Below are positions 54,136 through 64,000 of a stretch of 64,000 nucleotides of DNA, one piece after another (positions within the stretch are counted from its first letter, which is position 1; every line of letters begins with the position of its first letter). Made by a program: the position numbers and the translations under genes. The stretch is from positions 124,001 through 188,000 of the forward strand of contig NC_089430.1 of assembly GCF_026210795.1 (NCBI RefSeq), read 5' to 3'. This stretch comes from Rhizophagus irregularis (lineage: Eukaryota). The notes beneath the pieces are model-generated. The model was not told where the DNA came from, did no database searches, and saw only the letters and a program-made list of their open reading frames with translations.

Positions 54136-54249
54136 ACATAAAAAATCTTACATCTGTGACTACGTTTGACTCCATCAACAAGAAATTCCAAAACAATAAC
54201 TTGCGCAAAAGGAAAAACCTATAATAAATTCTTATTAGACTTATGAAAT

Positions 54250-55170
54250 AATGGTATATATAATATTAAAGAATAACACAACCTATGTAATTTTTATTGT
54301 CAACAATTTATAAAAACAAAAAAAATTGAAAAAAACTAGTTTTTAGAGCATCCTAGAGGGAATGGAAGGCCTAAAAAAATATTACCGCAAGTGCATTTCA
54401 TACACTCAGTCAATATGTAAGGCATGATACATCCTTTTCTACAAGAACTTTAGCAAGAAATTTGAAAAATACAAGTGAAAAGTATAATATAGAACAATTA
54501 GAAGTCATCTTTCAAGTGTTGGTTATGTAAAAAAAACTTCCCAAAGCAACTCCTATGTTAATCGAAGCACACAAGCAAAGACGTGTAGAGTGGGTACAAA
54601 ATAATATTATGACCAATGGAAAAAATTTTATCTGCTGATAAATCAGTCTTGCAACTCTTTAGTAACACTGTTAAATATTAGTATAAAGAGGAAAGATTGT
54701 TTGTTGTATGTCTGAAGATTATATAAGAAATTATGGCGTGGGGCAGTTGTTTGTGAAGGAAAAGCAAGTTTATTTTGTTTCAGACAAATTATGAACATCG
54801 AGATTTATGCAGAAATTTTTTGTACATGTGCTTCTGAGATCTTCTGGATGCTTTGTGGTCGTTCGTTGGTATTTTCCAACAAGAAAACTACTATGCATAA
54901 TAGTCATTTTTTTAAGCTCAGTCTAAAAGAAAATTCATCAGAAGTTTCAGGGTGGTCATGAGAGCCTCGACCCAAATCCTATTGAAATTTATTGGATATC
55001 ACAAAAAATAAGGCGGAGAAGCGAATACCAAAAAAATCTTAATTATTTGGAAGAATTTATGATGGAGAAATGCCAAAATACTCTAAAAATCGTTCTAATC
55101 GATATTTTAAAGTTAACTAGACAAGGTTGTAAGTTAATTATTGAAATAATGGCGAATGTATATAATATTA
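54250..55170 (+). pseudogene. Tc1-like DDE transposase, heavily decayed
   Basis: Remnants KQRRVEW, IMAWG, FQQ and DPNPIE..W. Confidence 0.7.
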
Positions 55171-55465
55171 AATTTTTTTTAATAAAATCAGCTGATCTTA
55201 AGCTTTAAAATACAATTATAATTTAATGTTAATGATCAAAAATAAAATTCTCATTTTTTTGTCCCACACTGTACGTACAGTACATACCACCTGTACAGAT
55301 TGACCAATCATCTTGTACTGAATATCCTACTACTTCTATCGAGTATATAGTAAATTAGTACTGTACGGTAATACAAATTAGTACGGACGTTCAAAAAAAA
55401 AATTTTAATTTTTCCGTACTCAGACGGACCTTTAAAAATAAATTTTGATTTTTTCGTACTAATAT

Positions 55466-58400
55466 CTAGGGGATAGGTAAATAAACGGGGTACAACTTAA
55501 GGTTACACAGAGCTGATCAAAATTACCAGAACTGAAGTTATATATAATTTATTAATATTACTATATGATAATCGTTTTAAACGTAAAATTTTGATGTTAG
55601 ATTTAAATAAAAATAAAGTGATCGTGAGACAAACAGATCATACCATAAAGACACGATGCTCATCTATATATAGAATGAATTTTATCTCTGTCGCGCTTCT
55701 AGATTTTTGAGAAAAACTTAATCAGCTACTAAAATTTAACGAACTTTAAGACAAGTTGAAAATGGTGAGCAATAAAAAGAAAAATATTATTATAAATATG
55801 TTTTAAAATAATAATAATTTTGCATAATTAGAGTAAAAGGAAACAGTCTTTTGAGAATATCAATAGTAAATTTACAAAACAACAAAAAAAAGTGGAGTTA
55901 TTGCAAGAACTTTTGCATATTCGACCTGATCTTAAGGGAAAAAAAGTATATTTTTTTCCAAGATTAAATAAATATTTTGAAGGTGTACTTTTTTATGATG
56001 CAAAAGAAAAGAAAGCATATGTATATAGTGTTATAAATGATTACAAATATGAGACATTTTCCCAATGGATGGTTGGATTGAAAAATAGAGGACTATATAA
56101 AGGTTATCGATCAGCCCTTGCAACCATTTTTTTGGAACCTAATCCATCCGGTTCATCAATTGGATCAATTTTACGTAGTAAGTCAAATTCATACTGGAAA
56201 GTATCTACTTACACGAATATCCAAGATATTCTTTCTTTAATTAAAAGAGAAAGTTTAACAGGAGGAAAATTTATGGGAACTGTTATACGAGAGATTAGTG
56301 AAGGTCTTGAACTTCATTTTTTTAATAACAAAAAAAAATTAGAAAAGAAAATATTAATATTTGCTCAGAGTATTTTTCTTAGTTACAAAGTTTGGGTGTT
56401 TGATCAAGCATTAAAAGAAGTAGACCTTCCTTTTCCTGTTAAAGCAATGAAAAGAACTCTTGATGAAATAAGCAATCTTATTCAATATGTTTTTTCTCTT
56501 AAAGTTTGTTGTGGTCAAAGTACTGTTGGTATGTAGTTTATAGTCAACTATTTGTATGGTTTATATTTTATTTTTGTTTAAAATATTTAATTTTAGGATT
56601 TGAAAATGTGGTTCAAATTCGAGAAGAACAATTGGTTAGCAATGATAAAGAGCATACTCCCTTTGCCTTTTTAGAAAACAAAAATCAGCCAGATGAAGCA
56701 TACCGACATATTCATTGTAAATTCATAATAAAAGATGAAAATACATGTGATAATAAATGTGAAAATTGTCAAAAACTCTACAAAACAATGCAACAAATTT
56801 ATAGAAGGTCCCTGGCTGGCGTAAATTCTGTAAAAATTGCACATGCTTCTAAAGAGATTCTTATAGAAAAAATTGAGCATCAAAAAAAGCTTATTAAAAC
56901 ACAATATGTAACTCTTGCAAATATAAGAGATTGTTTACAAAAGAAAATAGAAAATGAAGGAGGAGAAATATCAGATAATATGTCAAAAATTACCCATACT
57001 ATTATTGAAAATGTTATAAATAAAAATATAGATATTTCAAGTCTTTATCCTATTTTCCAAGAACTTATTCGCATTCAAAGTGAAAAGCCAAATGGAACAA
57101 GATACCATCCAATGTAAGAATTTAATCATTAGTGTTTAATAATAAAAATTTAATGTATTTAATTTTTTTTAATATAGGTTTTTACGTTGGGCAATATCTG
57201 TATATAGTAAATCTGGAAAAGCAGCTTATAATGTAATGAAGACAATAATGCGCTTACCATCAATTTCTACTCTTAAAAATTATATTAATGAAGGCGAACA
57301 GTTTTCAGGATGGCAAGACAAAACTGCTTTTCAAATATTAGAAAGCTTAACAACAAATAATATTTGGGAATACGGGCGAGCAGGATTTTTTTCTCATGAC
57401 TCTTTTAAAATTCAGAAAGGTATTTATTTATTTTAAAATGCATGTAAAAAATATATTTTTTTATTTATTAAGGAATATTTAAAACAGGTCTTCTTTGGAG
57501 TCAACGTGAGAATTGTTATGTTGGATATTTAGATTTTGAAGATGAAATGCAAGATTATCAATTATTTGCTTTGCAATGTCAAAATGAGATTCATACAGCA
57601 TCTGAAAATAATAATCTATTGCCTAATTCTATAACCAAAAAACAAGAACAAAATCTTGCAACTCAAGTTCATCAAATTGTTTGGCACTCAACAACTCATA
57701 ACTTTGCGTTTCCAATTGCTTATTATGGTATTAATACAATTACAGCACACAATTTAAATACCTTATTATTTAATCTTGCAGCAAGATTAGAATGTATTGG
57801 TATACATACATATGGTTCAATTTGTGATGGTGCAGGAGAAAATAGGACTCATATAAAAAGTTTTGATTGGTATGCATCAACCTGGTCTTCTGGTGATATT
57901 GTAGAAGTTAATTTTCATAAAGACAAAAAGTCTTTTCATACAGCAAAAATTATAGATAGCAATTATGAAAGAACAAAATTCACTGTATGTTTACGTGATT
58001 GTAATGAATCTGGAAAATTTACAATTGATCGAACTTATATTCGTCCACCAATGCCTTCAAAATCAAAATGGGATGTTAATGAAATATGTGAATTCAAGAG
58101 TCCAAAAGATGATCAATGGTATTTAGGAAAAATAACTAATTTTGATTCAATTGAATCTACATTATCTATTGAAATTACTAATGCAGAAGGAGCCAGTAAA
58201 GGATGGAAGGTTTTTAATTATCATATTGATAAATTTCTTCGCCCTGTTTATGATGATCAAAAACTTATAGCAAGTCATAAAACTGTTAATCCTATTACTG
58301 GAGATGAGTGGTTTTTTATTAGTGATCCAACACATGTATTCAAAAAACTTAGAAATAATTTATCAAAAAGTCATACAGGTGAAAAAAATGCTAGAGAAAT

Positions 58401-61006
58401 AATGTATAATAGAAAGGAAATTAGCTGGAAACATATAAGAGGTGTATATGAACATACAAATAAACATGCAACGGCAAAAGCTACAAAACTCATAAAAAGA
58501 CATATTTGGCTCACATCATGGAGTAAAATGCGTGTGGATCTTGTAGAACACACCTTGTCAAAGGAAGTTGAAAATGCTCTAGCATCCATTAAAGAACTTA
58601 AAGATATATCAGAAGGAACAAGGGTAAGAATTTTTAAACATATATATTTATAATTAAAACTTTAATAATTTTATAATTTTAATTCTTAAAGGAATTTATC
58701 AAATATGCACGAAAATATCATGAGATATTGCATAGTAAAATTTGCTTTCGCTCTATGGATGATTCTCGTATTAATACCTTAAAAGAAATTCATGATTGGT
58801 TTGTAAATGGCGAAAAACAAAAAGTAGGACCTATGGAATGGATTTCACCACAATGCCAATTTGACTTGATTTTATCTATTAATGGTTTTCTTGGAATATT
58901 AGAGTTTATTTTAAAAAAGTATCCAGGTTCAATAATTCAACCACGACGTATTTCACAAGATATGCTTGAAGGTCTTTTTGGTACTATTCGTGAACTTGGA
59001 GGAGATTCTTCAACACAGACACTCAAATCATATGGACACACTTTGAATAAATATCAAATTACAGCATTGATTTCTTCTGAAATAAAAAGTGTCAATTACG
59101 GAATAGCTAATTCTATGGGAACTGGTATTGCTTCTTTAATGAGAAGGTATATATCGTCTTAAAAATTTAATGACAGATGAGAATTATTACTAATAATTTT
59201 ATGTTTATTAGAGATTATCGAAAAAATAAAAAACACTATGAAGAAGACAAAGAAAATAATAATATATGTCAAAAATATAATACTCGTTTATTACAATTAT
59301 CAACTTTTTCTTGTGGGATTTTTGAAAGCCTTCTTACTGATAATTTAATTATGGGAAGTTTTAAATCTTTATCAGAATCTTCTAATGATAGTGTTAATTG
59401 TGAAAATACTAAAGTTTATCAACTCCAAACTGAACGATGCAACCTTATTGAAGTTTTGCTTTATTTGGATTCTATTGATAAATTATTACAATCATGGCAA
59501 AATATTATCAAAAAGATAGCTTGTGAGGCTATTCCAAAAAAACCAGGTATTCAGTGGTTGACAACTTGGAGTTCTCATCTTGAACTATATTTGAATAATT
59601 ATCAATGCTCTGGTGTCTGGTATGAGGAGTTTCTGACGGTAACTAAATTACATACTTCTTCAACTCTAAGACTTGTTGCGTATTTACTTCTACAAAAAGT
59701 TATAGAACATACATTTAGAAAAAAGGCTATTAAGAAAGATCAAGCTGCAGATTGTAATTTAATACCTGAAAATATTATTGTTTTAGAACCAATCGAAGCA
59801 TCAAAATTCTCCTATATTGTTGGTTGGGTTGTTTATAAATTAACCAAAAGTGATAAACAAACAAAATCGCATCCACAGTTCAAAGCTATTTGCACTCACC
59901 TTGAAATTCTTAATTCAGAACAAGTGGTATATGAACAAGATGTTCGATCACAAATAACAAATGTGATTCCTGGTCAAGAATTTCTAGAGTTCATGTATAA
60001 GATGGAATCATTAATTCTTCTATTATTTGAGAAGCATAAGGAATTAGGACCAAATACTCTTCAATATATATACAACAGTTTACTTGGCAACTTACCATTA
60101 TTACAATCTTTTAATATACTTCTTGATTTTGCAGACCAACAGGTTTTAATTTGTAAACCTGCAACAAACGAAAGACACGAGTTAAAAGATGAAGTTAGGA
60201 ACTTTCTTTATGAATGAATTATTTCTATATATATGAGGAGTAGACAAAAAACATGGCGAAGATTCAACGATCTCATTCCTGAGAAAGGAACTTCAAGCCT
60301 TCATGAGAATTTGAAAACCCTTCGTAAAGACACTCAAACTATCTCAAGAAAAGAAAATAAACCTACTTTAATTAAAAAAGAAAATATTCCACAAGATCCG
60401 TTACTTGGTTTGGGGCAGCTTCAAATTTGGGCAAAACTAGATGACGCTGAAGAAGTATTTTCAAAGATATTTCAAGTAGCAGAGTTGCAATGGTTGCTCT
60501 GGGCGTTTGGGGATAATGTTAAAAAGAAGAGAAAAAAAATTTTAATACCTTTGATTTTTGACCACCTAAAAAAAGGAACCCAATTTTGTGAAGAAGCCCT
60601 ATTAAAAAGGTGTATGTTTGCATTGTAGACTACTGTAAAACTACAACTTTACTATAAAATAATAAAATTTTGAACATTATATAGTAATATTTGCGAATTA
60701 AATAGTTTAATTGCATTCCGAGTCATTTTTACGAGAAAGAAAGTAACCTGTAGAAAGCTACACTAATCCAATTTGAACAAAACCACTTCGTATATGTAGA
60801 ATTAGCGTAAATGATCTTAACTTTTTAAATCGGCTGCTCTTCTACGCGTTTTTATCAAAAAAATTTAAAATTTTTCACAATTTTTGCGCTTTTTAATATA
60901 TGATTTTATTTCGTGTAACCATTTTGCAAAACTTCAGTTCTGGTAATTTTTGATCAGCCCTGTGTAACCTTAAGTTGTACCCCCCGTTTATTTACCTATC
61001 CCCTAG
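55466..61006 (+). mobile_element. Full-length P-superfamily DNA transposon
   Basis: TIRs of about 75 bp starting CTAGGGGATAGGTAAATAAACGGGG (55466-55539, 60930-61006) and a perfect 7-bp TSD CTAATAT (55459-55465, 61007-61013). Confidence 0.95.
55762..60628 (+). pseudogene. P-element/THAP9-like transposase, 7 exons, about 1488 aa, one in-frame stop at 60215-60217
   Basis: Predicted exons 55762-55764, 55832-56528, 56597-57113, 57178-57419, 57488-58623, 58692-59146 and 59212-60628 all have GT-AG junctions and splice in frame (4467 nt). Motifs: HTH RYHPMFLRWAISVY...LPSISTL, catalytic HDSFKI / CDGAGEN / QDMLEGLF, and the DxxH motif SDPTH. Confidence 0.92.
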
Positions 61007-61661
61007 CTAATATTTTACATTGTAACATCATGTGATCAAATTTTTGAGATGAATATGTTGTACACAATATTTGAGTAATATAATAATTGTGTAATGATCA
61101 ATCTGATTAATTTATAAATTTGTAATATAATGATTTTAACGTTCTGTCATCGTAAATATCTCTTTTAATTTTTTACTTCTTCTTCAAAGAAGTACTAGAA
61201 AAGAGACAGCAGAAGCAGAAGCCATTGAATTGAAAAATCAGCAACTAAAAATGAGCATGAGTTTGTAATGAAAAACATATTTTGTAAATGTTAAATATGC
61301 TTGTACAATTTTTTTTGTAATTTAATTTGCTAATAATGCGCCACATAATATCAAAAATTATATTTTGTAAATGCTAAATATGGTTGTCTAATTAATAAAA
61401 TATGATAAAGAATTGAAAAATTAATTATAAATAAACCAATAAAATTTAGTTATTATTTTAATGGTCAGTTTTATTATTATGGAGCTGAATATATTAAAGG
61501 AATGAAAATTTATTAGCTTATCTTCAAAGAATTTTTTTAATTTTATAATTTAACATTAGATATTTTGTTAAAAACAATATGTCAAAGTTGCACAAAAATA
61601 CAAAAATGCAAAGTCGTACGATTGTACGAAAACTTAAATTAGTACGAAAATTTTAAAACTT

Positions 61662-61900
61662 TCGTACGTACTAGTACAAAAAAATTGATTAGCTGTAAAT
61701 GTACGTACGAACAAAAAAAACACACGTACGTACCAAGTTGCGTTAGCGTACTGTCATATTTTACTCAATACCTCTTCTGAGTATCGTACGTACTAGTACA
61801 AAAAAATTGATTAGCTGTAAATGTACGTACGAACAAAAAAAACACACGTACGTACCAAGTTGCGTTAGCGTACTGTCATATTTTACTCAATACCTCTTCT
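61662..61900. repeat. Direct tandem duplication, period 122 bp
   Basis: 61662-61778 matches 61784-61900. Confidence 0.9.
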
Positions 61901-63121
61901 ATCGTACTAGTAAAAAATGATCAAACCGTACTGTACAGATTTGCAAATTCGTACTAGTACTGAATACTACCTACTGATTTTTATTGATGTAAAATAATGT
62001 ACAATCTTGTTAAATAAAATTACATCAAAAGAAAAAATACTACTAATTTATACACGTCATAAATATTATATTGGCAAGGAAATATTTATACAAAGTAATG
62101 ATCACATGACTTCTTGTTAATCCAAGCCAAAATAGTTCTTTTGTTTTCGACTGAGGAACAGTAACATGAAAAATTTGACAACGTTTGCCTGGTTGTTTTA
62201 AATCCAATTTTATTGAATCGCATGCCAATGATTTGTACGTAAACTTAGATCCAAATTGCGCTTTCTCGTAATCGAATAATTTGACAAATAACACCCACAA
62301 CGTTTCGGTTTCAGACGAATAAACTCGAGAATGGCCATATTTTTGATAAATAGGCGTAGTGATTATTTCCTTGCAGAATACAGATTTTCCTCATGTTGAA
62401 CTAATTTATTGACTGATGGCAAAGAAGTTTCTCCTGTATATATATATCTGCTGATGCTCGATTAATTTGTCGACTGATGGCACGAAAGTTTCTCCTGTCT
62501 GTTGATGCTCGATTAATTGTTGACCGAAGAGGATACAGAATTTCCTCTTATTTGTTGATGCTCGATTGATTTATCAAGTGAGAACACTTTGACGACAGTG
62601 CTAACAACATATCTTCCAACTTTTGCAACCAAATAAATTTTATTGGTAACTTTACTTATTTTCTGTACCCAAGGCACGAGAACTTTTAAACATTACAGTA
62701 TACAAGTACTGGATGCTCACAACATCGGACGCTTTTCCATTGTTACCATTAAAACATAAGGAAACAAAATGCCAGTTGTTAGGCTTTAAAAGTATCTTTG
62801 TATGTATCATCACATGGATAGTTGAAAGCAGTAGAGTCAGCTTTTGTTAATAACGCAACTTTGCCCCGAATTATTAATTCAAAAACTTGGTACATTATTC
62901 TACGCTATGATTCATCGAAATCATAGTCAGTCCTATCGGAAATTTCTATTAATAATATATTGTCAGTACCTTCATGTAGTTTAAACGAAAATTATACTAG
63001 CAACAGTGTTTAATTTTCGTTACCCATGTGAAATTGGTTATGGCTAGAGATGCAAAGACTTTAATAACTAGCTGCGATGACTTATGACGAATATTTTTGT
63101 GTCATATTTAAGGTCCATAGG

Positions 63122-63917
63122 TAGGGATGGAAAAAGTTCCAAATGGAGTGACTTGAGTTGGTTTTGGAGCCAAACGTCGGAACCATTTTTTAAGCCGAAC
63201 CGAGCAGCGCGAACGGAACGAATGGTTCTATGAGAGTCGACTCCGAAAGTCGACTTTGAAAGTCGGTTTGAAACCGGTTCTGTTCGTCTTATTTTATCAA
63301 ACAATAAAATTTAAAATGTATACTAAATTAATACTTGTCATTTGTCAATATATCATGATTATCAAATCTACCGTTTAATTATATTTTGTAACAGTAAGCG
63401 ATATATTTGTGTTCTGTTGAAATCGCCACATGAAAACAAATAATTGTTATTACAAATTGTCAATCTTTCTATAATAAATTTAATTAAATAAATAAACAGT
63501 TGAATTTCCACATGAAAACTTAAATAATTGTTATCTCAAACGTCATAAGCCTAAAGCGAAAAAAAATTAATGGCTTTAACAATACAAGCAACGAGCGTCG
63601 TATCAGATCGAGCGTTTTCGATCGCTGAAATGCGATTACAAAGACTCGGAATCGTTTATACCACGGCGAGGGCAAGTTTATGTGCGAAAAGTTGGATGGA
63701 TAATTTGGTAAAAGTTCCTTAATTACTATAAATAGTGAACAATTAACAGTAACAGTAACAATAACTGATAACAATAACATTGTAAATAGCGAACATTATT
63801 CTATATAACTAAATCATATTAACGAACATTTAATAATAATAAAGATATCATTTAATAAAATTTATTATTTTGAATATCGTATTCTTTGAACTAATTTGTC
63901 GAATCGACCCATCCCTA
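63122..63917. mobile_element. hAT-type non-autonomous element
   Basis: TIRs TAGGGATGG / CCATCCCTA and perfect 8-bp TSD TCCATAGG (63114-63121, 63918-63925). Confidence 0.9.
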
Positions 63918-64000
63918 TCCATAGGTTCTGGCATGTTCGAAAACAAAGATTTTTGTAAATTTTTTGATGCGGTGGCTTATACGAATATCTCACTTGTCCT

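Larger units (their letters stand above)
51489..55271 (+). mobile_element. Tc1/mariner DNA transposon relic
   Basis: TA|CAGTGTGGG(CAGTGTGGG)ACAAAA ... TTTTGTCCCACACTG|TA, with a decayed transposase inside. Confidence 0.85.
55341..61896. mobile_element. Possible older GTAC-rich TIR element that hosts the P-like insertion
   Basis: Degenerate GAG...CTC termini, flanking direct repeat TTCTATC (55334-55340, 61897-61903), and GTAC-rich sequence on both sides of the P element. Confidence 0.4.

Noticed and set aside
60215..60217. Programmed stop read-through or selenocysteine
   Set aside because: The paralogous copy has Arg at this position, so a CGA>TGA mutation is the simpler explanation.

Overview
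Very AT-rich eukaryotic DNA with short GT-AG introns. The gene content (Sel1 repeats, Crinkler-like and MACPF-like genes) is most consistent with a Glomeromycotina (Rhizophagus-like) fungus; this is inference. The window is largely transposon-derived. (1) Two copies of a P-superfamily (THAP9/Galileo-like) DNA transposon. One is decayed (1-4197). The other is nearly intact (55466-61006; about 75-bp TIRs, 7-bp TSD, 7 exons, about 1488 aa, one nonsense codon). Its transposase appears to carry tandem Agenet/Tudor-like domains inside the catalytic RNase H fold, a RAMA-like N-terminus in place of THAP, and a SAP/HeH-like C-terminus. (2) An 11.8-kb hAT element (5724-17515) with nested insertions four levels deep, including two tandem ~980-bp tRNA-headed SINE-like elements. 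(3) A truncated LINE, and a separate RT-less, protein-coding retroelement that shares the LINE's exact 3' terminus and is inserted in a Tc1 relic. (4) An intact hAT-BED/Sel1 chimeric ORF, a MACPF-like ORF, several pseudogenes (Crinkler, kinase, UBA-UBX, Myb/SANT) and many MITEs. All domain calls are by-eye motif recognition, not database searches.
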